A stretch of 30,064 nt of DNA from Coleofasciculus chthonoplastes F2-STO-03 (GTDB taxonomy: Bacteria > Cyanobacteriota > Cyanobacteriia > Cyanobacteriales > Coleofasciculaceae): assembly GCA_040222015.1 (NCBI GenBank), contig JAVJWO010000198.1, forward strand, positions 1 to 30,064, written 5' to 3'. A program made the position numbers and the translations under genes. The notes beneath the pieces were generated by a model. That model saw only the letters and a list, made by a program, of their open reading frames with translations. It searched no databases and was not told the DNA's origin. This document shows positions 9,790-18,470 of this stretch, in pieces (positions within the stretch are counted from its first letter, which is position 1; each line of letters starts with the position of its first letter).

Positions 9790-11424
9790 CTAGGATCGTG
9801 CCAGTTTTTCAAATCGCCACAATCCTCCCGATGGACCAGGCAACTGAAAGGCATAGGTAAGAGAATAATCTTCATCCTGTTCGAGTTGATCAAACCAACT
9901 ATTTTTACGATAAAATAAGAAAATTTGACGGTAATCTTGCGGAATCTTTTTCAACTGATTATCCATGGGGGAAAGCAAGTGAACTTTTGGATCTAAACGA
10001 TGGCTTAAGGCGAGGATTGTTCCGACCATTATAGGCGAGTTATTGCTAATCAGTAAAGGACTCTCTGATTGATTGATTATTTGCGCGATGTTCATAATGT
10101 ATTTTCCTTCTATTTGTGTCCACCAACTCTCGGATTGAAAAAGCTTTACATCAGAAACTAGCCCGGCTATAACTAACCCGGCTATGATGACTCCACCAAC
10201 GATTTTTTTAGAGGTCTTGCGAGCAAAAATATAAGACGTTATTCCATAGGCAATAGCAATTTCTAGACTTAGACATAAGGGTAACTGATAACGAATCACA
10301 AGAGAGCGAGTTCCGCCAAACAACAGATCATAAACCAGCAGAAATATTCCCGTAAAGCTAGCCAGACAAACGACAAATAGTCCCGCATTTTTGGGTATTT
10401 TTTTTGCAAAAATTATTAACAAAAAAACAACCAAGCTGGTCGCCAAAATTAAGGTAAAAAAAGCATACTCAAAAGGACTTTCTTGAGTAAATGTTTCAAT
10501 CCAAAGAGAGTCAGAAGCTAAATTAATATCAAAAAATGTTCGGGTGGATCTCATCAAGAAAATAGCGATTATATCCCAAGGATTATCTATAATCTTGAAC
10601 GTCCACCCAAATGTTAGCTGTAAAGCTGTTTTCAGGTTATTTATAAACAAAATTATCCAGGGACTAAACAAGAAAAAAGCAGCGGCTGTACTCAGAAGAT
10701 AATTAAGGACTGTTTGGATACGACGTTGGCTGATAATAACATAAATGCCGAAGGCTGTCGCTACTAAAACTGTTAGCAAATGGGTGTATAACCCCAAGGT
10801 TAACGTAAAAGCATACACTGCCCAACACAATTTATTATCCCGACGAATAGCTCGCAATAAAGCCGCACTTGATATGAGAACCGTTACCATCCACAGACTG
10901 TATTGGCGTGCTTCTTGGGCAAAGACGACTTGTAAGGGAGAAACAGCGATTAATGCCATGGCTATCCATCCCACAACTGGAGATTCAAATAACTCTAAAC
11001 ACAGCCAATACACACTGGGAAATATTAACAGACTAAAAAGCGCTGATAAACTCCTCAAAACCACAGGAGAATCCCCAAATACTTGTGCCCACAATCTAAC
11101 CGTCACATAATACAGAGGCGGATGCTGTGGATCTGAAGTGATTAAGTAGTTCACGGTGTCAGCCACAGTTCGCTCTGGATCAATATGTTGATATTTTTCT
11201 ACAGTCGTAACCGGAATGGGAGCCTGATGATTAAAGATTTCCTGTTGAACCTCAGCCAGTGTGTGACCAGAAATCGCTAGGGAGGTAAAACATTCATCAC
11301 CCCAGTAAAATTTTTGTCCAATATGGGCAAAGCGAAAGAAAATACCTATAGCAATTAAACTTATTACCAGAACTTTTAACCAATTCGGGGGATTAACCTT
11401 GGCTAATGATTGTGGGTTTTCCAT
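9790..11424 (-). CDS. GT-C membrane glycosyltransferase (GT39/PMT/ArnT-like)
   Basis: WGDE acidic motif after TM1, QHPPLYY, AQEARQYSLW, YTH, multiple TM helices. Confidence 0.88.
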   Translation of the reverse strand: MENPQSLAKVNPPNWLKVLVISLIAIGIFFRFAHIGQKFYWGDECFTSLAISGHTLAEVQQEIFNHQAPIPVTTVEKYQHIDPERTVADTVNYLITSDPQHPPLYYVTVRLWAQVFGDSPVVLRSLSALFSLLIFPSVYWLCLELFESPVVGWIAMALIAVSPLQVVFAQEARQYSLWMVTVLISSAALLRAIRRDNKLCWAVYAFTLTLGLYTHLLTVLVATAFGIYVIISQRRIQTVLNYLLSTAAAFFLFSPWIILFINNLKTALQLTFGWTFKIIDNPWDIIAIFLMRSTRTFFDINLASDSLWIETFTQESPFEYAFFTLILATSLVVFLLIIFAKKIPKNAGLFVVCLASFTGIFLLVYDLLFGGTRSLVIRYQLPLCLSLEIAIAYGITSYIFARKTSKKIVGGVIIAGLVIAGLVSDVKLFQSESWWTQIEGKYIMNIAQIINQSESPLLISNNSPIMVGTILALSHRLDPKVHLLSPMDNQLKKIPQDYRQIFLFYRKNSWFDQLEQDEDYSLTYAFQLPGPSGGLWRFEKLARS

Positions 11425-11441
11425 CTATTAAACCTGTTCTG

Positions 11442-11678
11442 TTAAACGACTTTGCTCACAGAATTATCCATGTTCTGGCGTAGGCTTTTCGGGCGCATAT
11501 CTGTCCAGACTTGCTGAATATAGCTCAGACATTCCGTCTGAGAACCCCGTTTGCCCCCATCCCACCAACCTAGAGGATTTTCCCAGTCGGCGGGCAAAAT
11601 GGAATACTGATGTTCGTGATTCTTGACAACTTTGTAAATTACCCGGTCTTCCTGATCAGCCTGGTTTTCCCTATTCAT
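11442..11678 (-). CDS. mbtH: MbtH-like protein (first conserved Trp replaced by Leu)
   Basis: YKVVKNHEHQYSILP...PLGW...CLSYIQQVWTDMRPKSLR; strong AGGAG RBS. Confidence 0.95.
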   Translation of the reverse strand: MNRENQADQEDRVIYKVVKNHEHQYSILPADWENPLGWWDGGKRGSQTECLSYIQQVWTDMRPKSLRQNMDNSVSKVV

Positions 11679-11706
11679 TGTTATCTCCTTTATTGTTATC
11701 TCCTTT
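11677..11706. repeat. Perfect 15-bp tandem duplication containing the mbtH ribosome-binding site
   Basis: ATTGTTATCTCCTTT twice; reads AAAGGAGATAACAAT twice on the minus strand, followed by the G of ATG. Confidence 0.85.
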
Positions 11707-11745
11707 TCGGTTATGGTTCTGTTGGGTTGAAGGGATAGCCATTAA

Positions 11746-12522
11746 TTATCTATGGACAATCCTAGGAATATGATGTAACAATTTTTGGGCAATGATTTGC
11801 AACAATAACGGTTCAGCGGAATGCAAAAAGAAATGATCTCCAGGCAGTGTATATAATGAGAATGAAGTCCGCGTTTGCATCTGCCACTCTCCCACCTCAT
11901 CCGGATGAGCTTCTGAATCATCTGAACCACAAAAAGCAGAAATAGGACAATTCAGGGGTGATTCAGGGATATAAATATATGTTTCCAACACCTCAAAATC
12001 TGATCGCAGGATAGGAAGCAGCAACTCCATCAGTTCGGCATTCTCCAGCACAGCTTGAGGTGTACCATTTAAACGGCGTAACCTGTCCAGGAACTTGGAA
12101 TCGGGTAGCCCGTGAATGGGTGAATGACGAGCGGGTAGGTGCGGGGCGCGACGACCTGAGATAAACAAGTGAACGGGATTCAAGCCGTACTGTTGACGCA
12201 GGTGACGGGTCAGCTCAAAGCAGATCAATCCGCCCATACTGTGACCAAAGAAGGCGAAGGGCTTATCTAGATGGGGAAGTAGGGCTTGAGCCAGTGCTTC
12301 AACCAGGGGTTGTAATCGGGTAAAAGGAGCTAACCGGATCTGCTTTCCCCGTCCTGGCAATTCCATAGGACAAACCTCGACCGTTTTGGGTAGGCTATCG
12401 CCCCATGTCCGAAATATCCGAGCCGCACCTCCAGCATAGGGAAAACAAAACAAACGTAAGTTTGCCTGGGTATTGGGTTTGGGATCGATTGCCCACGTAT
12501 CGATAGTTGATGTCCTCCTCAT
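11746..12522 (-). CDS. Type II (editing) thioesterase
   Basis: RLFCFPYAGG, ELPGRG, FFGHSMGG nucleophile motif, PGDHFF catalytic His. Confidence 0.95.
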   Translation of the reverse strand: MRRTSTIDTWAIDPKPNTQANLRLFCFPYAGGAARIFRTWGDSLPKTVEVCPMELPGRGKQIRLAPFTRLQPLVEALAQALLPHLDKPFAFFGHSMGGLICFELTRHLRQQYGLNPVHLFISGRRAPHLPARHSPIHGLPDSKFLDRLRRLNGTPQAVLENAELMELLLPILRSDFEVLETYIYIPESPLNCPISAFCGSDDSEAHPDEVGEWQMQTRTSFSLYTLPGDHFFLHSAEPLLLQIIAQKLLHHIPRIVHR

Positions 12523-12905
12523 TATGATTTAACACTGGTTGATTTAAAGTTCACTTTTTTGAGTATTTTTATTCGAGTTTAGCTTTGATGTATTGTGCCA
12601 CAAGTCGTCGGACATAGGCTCTGATCTGTATGTAAAATTTTGTAAATTTACCTGTTTTTGTTAGCGTTGAAATATAGCAGTACGCTCTCGCGTAGTTACA
12701 GTACAAATGTTCTAAACTTATCATCTTGACAACACCGCAGGGATTGAACCGTGTTACCTTTCGTTTGCCATACTCGTTGTCGTATGATGTTATTCATTTG
12801 CTACTCGACATTGATTTTCCAAAATGACGGAATTCGTAGCACACCGTCACATAGGAAGTCAAGTCAACGAGGTAAAAATTCCCAACGTTATCCATCAGAT
12901 CTTGT

Positions 12906-14984
12906 ATGCGCTACTTTGAAGAATACTGTGAAGTCAATCTTGAACCCGGTACTGCACCATTTACTTGGGTGTTTAGGAGTGAGGAAAAAATCCGCATCAG
13001 ATTTGGTGTCGCTGTTGATCAACATCCAGATTGCGGTCAAATTATCTATGAGTTGAATGATGGACAAGGATATTGCGATTCCCATCAAATTACAGCCGAG
13101 ATGGAAAGCGTTGTCGAAAATGGGTTCAAAATGTTTTCAGTCATCCTACCACCGATCAGTAGTGGGGGAGGATGTCGATACTGGCTGGGTTATTTAGATC
13201 AGTTCGGTAATGAGCATACCAGTCAGCACTCACGTTTTCTTTTGGTCTGCGATGAAGCGCCTCAGTCCATGGCTGAAATCCCATCGGTTTTCCTTGGGTT
13301 TGTTGACAATCAACCGTTGTATGGACCCAAGCCCGTTGTCGCCATGACACCTAGCCCTACTGATTGGAATGCACGTCTGTTTTACTCGATCATCATTGAT
13401 CGATTTGCTCGAGGCTCAGACCGCCATCGCACGGGTCTAGGCGCGGTCAAATACGATCCGTCTTGTCCATACGCTAGCCATGGTGGCACAATTCATGGTG
13501 TGATTGAGAAAATCAACTACTTAAAATCATTAGGAATACGAGCCATTATTCTCAGTCCTGTGTATGTCAACGCCGCTGACGGATACCACGGCTATCATCC
13601 CATCCACCTATTGATGGTTGAGCCACGTCTAGGAACACTAGCCTGTTTACGTGAACTGGTGGCTAAAGCCCATAAAGCTGACATCGCTGTAATTTTAGAT
13701 GTGGTTAATAATCACATCGCCGATAGTATTCAGTGGGAGGAATATGGAGGTCCTCCTGGTGGAGAATTCAAATACGTACACGGTGATGATACTGCTGTGA
13801 TGCCTTTTCCGGTAGAAGTCCGCAACACCTCGCTTTTCCACGGTCCGGAATACACCGATATGGTGAATCAAAGACTCTTTGGCTTCTTGGAAGATTGGCG
13901 TACAGAAACAAGCTATGTTCGCGAACTGCTGATTCAACACTTGAAGTACTGGATTGCTCAAACGGATATTGATGGCTTTCGATACGATTCAGCCCGTCAT
14001 GTTGGTCTAGATTTTTGGGAACTTTGCGTTGAGGAAATATCACGGTTTGCTAAGTACCTGGGTAAACATCAGTTTTTACAGATCGCCGAACACGCTGGAA
14101 GTAGCCACGAAGAATTGATTGCATATAACAGTGCCAAATTCTCAAATTTACTAGATTATCCAACCTACTATATTGTCAAGCACTCTCTTGTTGATGCCAA
14201 CTGGCTAGGGGGTTTTGCCGAATATTTTTGTGGAATTCTGACGCCATCACAGCCCTATCATGCGGGTTGGAGGAACAATATTATGTTCTTGGATAACCAA
14301 GACACAACTCGCATATTTCATGAATTCTTGAGTCGTATCCCCAATCAAGACCAGGCTCGCGTCCGTCTTCATTTTGCCATAGCTTGCTTGGTTCTCGGGC
14401 CTCAAATCCCTTCTATCTATCAAGGAACAGAGCAGGAATTTTCTGGTGCGCTCGGCATGCATCAACGAGAGGATACAGGAGATTGGATTGGTCATGATTG
14501 CTATGTCAGGGAAGATATGTTTGATAACCCTGCCTGTGTGTGGCATTTTGGTCTGATTAACCAAAAAAGTTTCGCTCCATATAGCAGGAATAACTCGACC
14601 TTTGTGCTGATTCACCAGCTTGCCGAAATTCGGTTTGAAAGTCGCTTAATTCAGAGTGGCAAGCGTACCCTACTGTGTTCGAGAAAGGATGGTCTTTGGT
14701 GTGTACTCATTCATGGGACGACTGATGAGCCGCCGCTCTTGGTGGCGATGAACCTTGGCTCAAAACCTGTCTCTGATCATGCTTTAACACTGCCTAAGTG
14801 GTATGGTGCGTTCGACGGAGTTGATATGCTGATGACGACGGCGGGCGGAGCATTCTATTTTGTGGAAGGGGGGCTGCGAATTCGACTTTCACCCTTCACA
14901 TTTGTGATCGGACAACTCTGGAAAGAATCTCAAAAAAGTGCGATAGTCGAGACAACGGTTACTGATATTATTAAACATGAATGA
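12906..14984 (+). CDS. Alpha-amylase family (GH13) glycoside hydrolase/transglycosylase
   Basis: IIDRF, YHGY, DVVNNH (region I), DGFRYDSARHV (II), AEH (III), FLDNQD (IV); no signal peptide. Confidence 0.9.
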   Translation: MRYFEEYCEVNLEPGTAPFTWVFRSEEKIRIRFGVAVDQHPDCGQIIYELNDGQGYCDSHQITAEMESVVENGFKMFSVILPPISSGGGCRYWLGYLDQFGNEHTSQHSRFLLVCDEAPQSMAEIPSVFLGFVDNQPLYGPKPVVAMTPSPTDWNARLFYSIIIDRFARGSDRHRTGLGAVKYDPSCPYASHGGTIHGVIEKINYLKSLGIRAIILSPVYVNAADGYHGYHPIHLLMVEPRLGTLACLRELVAKAHKADIAVILDVVNNHIADSIQWEEYGGPPGGEFKYVHGDDTAVMPFPVEVRNTSLFHGPEYTDMVNQRLFGFLEDWRTETSYVRELLIQHLKYWIAQTDIDGFRYDSARHVGLDFWELCVEEISRFAKYLGKHQFLQIAEHAGSSHEELIAYNSAKFSNLLDYPTYYIVKHSLVDANWLGGFAEYFCGILTPSQPYHAGWRNNIMFLDNQDTTRIFHEFLSRIPNQDQARVRLHFAIACLVLGPQIPSIYQGTEQEFSGALGMHQREDTGDWIGHDCYVREDMFDNPACVWHFGLINQKSFAPYSRNNSTFVLIHQLAEIRFESRLIQSGKRTLLCSRKDGLWCVLIHGTTDEPPLLVAMNLGSKPVSDHALTLPKWYGAFDGVDMLMTTAGGAFYFVEGGLRIRLSPFTFVIGQLWKESQKSAIVETTVTDIIKHE

Positions 14985-15046
14985 TAAATTTAGACATTAG
15001 TTCTTTTTGGGATTAATCTCCTTGGGGACGACTTGAAAAACAGCCG

Positions 15047-16255
15047 ATGAATGTCAATTCAGCTAATTGCCTCTTACCTGTTCCGTCTGGTTCCTTTGTG
15101 GTTCCAGGTTTAACGACTGTCTTATCCACAACCGAAGCACATCCCCTCGGATTTTCCCTGATTATTCCGACTTATAAAGAAGCAAAAAATCTTGCCAAGC
15201 TTGTCGAGCAATTGAGCCGATTGCTCGATTCGCAATTGGCGGGGGACTATGAACTGATTGTCGTCGATGACGATAGTCCGGACGATACCTGGAAAGTGGC
15301 GCAGGAACTCACGGCTGATTATCCTCAGCTACGAGTGATGCGGCGGATTGAGGAACGGGGATTGTCTACCGCTGTAATTCGAGGATGGCAAGTGGCGCGG
15401 GGAGAAGTTTTGGGGGTAATTGATGCGGATCTCCAGCATCCTCCAGAATTGTTATTGCAGCTATGGAGTCAGATCCAAGGGGGCGTCGATTTAGCCGTTG
15501 CGAGTCGCCACGTTGAAGGCGGTGGCGTGAGTGATTGGAGTATTATCCGCCGCTTTTTATCCCGTGGCGCTCAGATGATTGGGTTAATTCTGTTACCGGG
15601 AGTTATCGGTCGGGTTTCTGACCCGATGAGTGGTTATTTTATGGTGCGTCGTAACTGTTTAGTTGATCGCCCTTTAAATCCCCTGGGATACAAAATTTTG
15701 ATTGAAGTCTTGGGTCGAGGGAAAATTCCTGAGATTGGGGAAGTGGGGTATGTGTTTCAAGAACGTCAAGTGGGCGAAAGTAAAGTAACCTGGAAACAGT
15801 ATGTGGAGTATTTACAACACTTACTGCGCTTGCGTTTATCCCTAGGATATATTGGTCGATTTATTCGTTTTGGTCTAGTCGGCTTCAGTGGAGTTTTTGT
15901 CGATATGGCAATTTTTTATCTGCTGCGAGATAAACTGGGATTGGGATTAACGCTCAGTGCGGCTCTATCTGCTGAAGTCGCCATGTTCAACAATTTCTTG
16001 TGGAATGATGTATGGACATTTGGCGATATTTCTCAACATCAACCGGGATGGCGTCAGTGGTTTGAACGATTTGTGAAGTTTAATGGTATCTGTTTAGCCG
16101 GACTCATTCTCAATGTTTTACTCGTAAATTTGTTGTTTAATGTCTTTGGCATCAATGAATATGTTTCTAAGTTAATCGCGATCGCGGCGGTGACGGTGTG
16201 GAATTTCTGGATCAATCTTAAGCTGAGTTGGCGTGTAACCGATGTGCGGCAGTAA
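15047..16255 (+). CDS. GT2 polyprenol-phosphate sugar synthase (Dpm1-like) fused to a GtrA flippase domain
   Basis: IIPTYKE, VVDDDSPD, DADLQHPP, SDPMSGYF, GESK, then RFGLVG...NNFLWNDVWTF...WNFWIN GtrA domain. Confidence 0.92.
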   Translation: MNVNSANCLLPVPSGSFVVPGLTTVLSTTEAHPLGFSLIIPTYKEAKNLAKLVEQLSRLLDSQLAGDYELIVVDDDSPDDTWKVAQELTADYPQLRVMRRIEERGLSTAVIRGWQVARGEVLGVIDADLQHPPELLLQLWSQIQGGVDLAVASRHVEGGGVSDWSIIRRFLSRGAQMIGLILLPGVIGRVSDPMSGYFMVRRNCLVDRPLNPLGYKILIEVLGRGKIPEIGEVGYVFQERQVGESKVTWKQYVEYLQHLLRLRLSLGYIGRFIRFGLVGFSGVFVDMAIFYLLRDKLGLGLTLSAALSAEVAMFNNFLWNDVWTFGDISQHQPGWRQWFERFVKFNGICLAGLILNVLLVNLLFNVFGINEYVSKLIAIAAVTVWNFWINLKLSWRVTDVRQ

Positions 16256-16427
16256 TTCCTGCATTTTGAAAGAGTGCGATCGCAGACCCCAGAAACCGAA
16301 CACTTGACCTTTCTGACCTTCATGGAAATAAACACCTTACTTTTCTGACCTTTTCATCGAGGCAAAAAAATAATACTTATAGAAATATAGGTAATTCAAT
16401 TAATAAGTCTTGAAATTTAGGATGAGT

Positions 16428-17429
16428 ATGCAGACAACACAGAACAAAAATTCAGAAGCTGCTACCCGGACACAAAATCTCATAGATGTTGTTATTCCCG
16501 TTGCAGTCAAGGATTTACCCAAACTACCTATCTGTATCAGGCAACTATCTAGGAATTCTCTCACTCCAATCAACAAGATCTATATTGTTACTCAACAATT
16601 CATCTGCCAGCAAAAACGATATCTTGAACCCTCAGTTGTCTGGATTCCTGAAGAAAGCTATTCATTCAGTTTAGTTGATATTGAGCAATGGCTCATTAAC
16701 AAAGGAAATAAGTATAGTAATAGCTCTTGGTATTATCAGCAGTTACTAAAATTTTACATCTTTGATACAATTCCTAACTTACTCCCTAATACTCTAATTT
16801 TAGATGTAGATTTTTTTATTAGTCAGCCTCTTGCTTTCTTAACTAATCAGGGTCAAGCAATTCTCTCCTATGGATATCCTTTTAAGTGGTTACTTAACAC
16901 CAGAGACTACCCAAAAGAGAACCATCACAGTCATATTGAATTTGCTCGTCGATTTGTTCCACAATGGTTCCCCGTGAATCCATTTAGTGGTATGCATCAC
17001 CATATACTTTTCAAAAAAGAAATAATCACGAAACTTTTTTCTGTCGTTGAAAATCACCATCACCAATATTTTTGGCAGGCTTTTTTAGATAATGTTGAAT
17101 TTTACAAATGGAATGCTGCCTCGGAATATGTAATTTATTACCATTTTGCAATGAAATTTTTCCCGAAAACATTAATATCCAGATACTTGAAAAGTTGCGA
17201 CTTTATTCACGATCATCAAGAAAATAGTTTCACTCTAGATGTTGCTAAAAATATACTTGAACAGAGAATTTTTGACACTGTGGGTTGTCATGGTTTCTTG
17301 AATTTACGAGCAAGGCTCAAAACCATGGACTATATTCCTGATGATTTGAAAGAAAGAATGTTAACTTCAGAGCAGATTGTGTTTAAATTAATTTTGGATG
17401 ATGGTGTTTTAACGATAGAGGGACTCTAA
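16428..17429 (+). CDS. Putative GT-A fold glycosyltransferase-like protein (DUF6492-like); start may be 16410-16428
   Basis: IDVVIPVAVKD, WYYQQLLK, ILDVD (DxD), SEY motif; AT-rich. Confidence 0.6.
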   Translation: MQTTQNKNSEAATRTQNLIDVVIPVAVKDLPKLPICIRQLSRNSLTPINKIYIVTQQFICQQKRYLEPSVVWIPEESYSFSLVDIEQWLINKGNKYSNSSWYYQQLLKFYIFDTIPNLLPNTLILDVDFFISQPLAFLTNQGQAILSYGYPFKWLLNTRDYPKENHHSHIEFARRFVPQWFPVNPFSGMHHHILFKKEIITKLFSVVENHHHQYFWQAFLDNVEFYKWNAASEYVIYYHFAMKFFPKTLISRYLKSCDFIHDHQENSFTLDVAKNILEQRIFDTVGCHGFLNLRARLKTMDYIPDDLKERMLTSEQIVFKLILDDGVLTIEGL

Positions 17430-17432
17430 AAG

Positions 17433-18380
17433 ATGACTAACAATGATCAAGAAAAAGAAAATAAGGTAAGTGGGGTTCAATCCAGATCGCAGCTCGTCAA
17501 AAATTTCATTGAATCAGGCTTGGCTTTGGGGATAGAAACGGCAACTTTTCAGGGAGGAGATTTAGGTTTATTTGAAGGATACCTTAAAGATGATGTGATC
17601 TTTAAATACTCCTTGTTAGATGGATTTACTTGGTCGTATGCTGTGCAAGATTTCCTACTCAAGAAAATTTTTATCGATCAAAGAGGAACTTATATTGATG
17701 TTGGAGCAAACATTGGTTTGATCAGCATTCCTGTGGCGGAAAAGGGCAAAATAAAATGCTATGCCTTTGAACCTGAACCTAATAATTATAAATTACTTCG
17801 TCGAAACATTTTGGCTCATAACGTAGAGTCATTAATCGAGACCTATTCGATTGCACTTTTTTCAGAAAAAACACAGCTTCATTTTGAAGTGTGTTCTAGA
17901 AACTATGGAGATCATCGAATAAAACCCAATCAAAACTCTGAAATTAAAGAACACTATAATGAAGAAAGTCGCCAAATTATCAATGTCAACGCGGAAAAAC
18001 TAGATGATGTGCTTGATTTGAGACAGTTGAACTCACCCATTGTTCTCAAGGTTGATATTCAAGGTTCTGAAATACAATTTTTCAAAGGAGCCGAGAAATC
18101 TCTAGAATTAGTAGATTACTTAATTGTAGAGTATTGGCCTTATGGAATATTATATTTTGGAGATACTCTTGAATCATTCTTAGAGATTTTGAAAAAATTT
18201 CCTTTCGCAGCTTTCGTAGGATTATTTGATAGAGTTCGATCTGTAACAGTAGAACTCAAGCCAGTTGAGCAAGTTATTGAGGCTATCCGTGCTGAGGTTA
18301 ATCCTAAAAATATTGACCCCGATCAAGAAATTAATATTGTTTGTTCAAGAAATCCCACGTTCCCAGCAGAATTTAAATAG
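17433..18380 (+). CDS. FkbM family SAM-dependent methyltransferase
   Basis: YIDVGANIG, YAFEPEP, LKVDIQGSE, VEYWP. Confidence 0.92.
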   Translation: MTNNDQEKENKVSGVQSRSQLVKNFIESGLALGIETATFQGGDLGLFEGYLKDDVIFKYSLLDGFTWSYAVQDFLLKKIFIDQRGTYIDVGANIGLISIPVAEKGKIKCYAFEPEPNNYKLLRRNILAHNVESLIETYSIALFSEKTQLHFEVCSRNYGDHRIKPNQNSEIKEHYNEESRQIINVNAEKLDDVLDLRQLNSPIVLKVDIQGSEIQFFKGAEKSLELVDYLIVEYWPYGILYFGDTLESFLEILKKFPFAAFVGLFDRVRSVTVELKPVEQVIEAIRAEVNPKNIDPDQEINIVCSRNPTFPAEFK

Positions 18381-18470
18381 AGCGCTCCTAAATGAGTGGT
18401 GATATAGTATCTGACAAATTACCCATAATAAAAGATTTGGAGTTTTTTATTTTGTCCAAACTGATCAAGG

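Noticed and set aside
12673..12700. Possible orphan MITE end TATAGC-N14-TAGTTAC
   Set aside because: The inner box is degenerate and no partner end was found.
12725..12790. tRNA-like T-loop GGTTCAATCCC on the minus strand, or a riboswitch
   Set aside because: No cloverleaf, acceptor stem or recognisable riboswitch core could be built.
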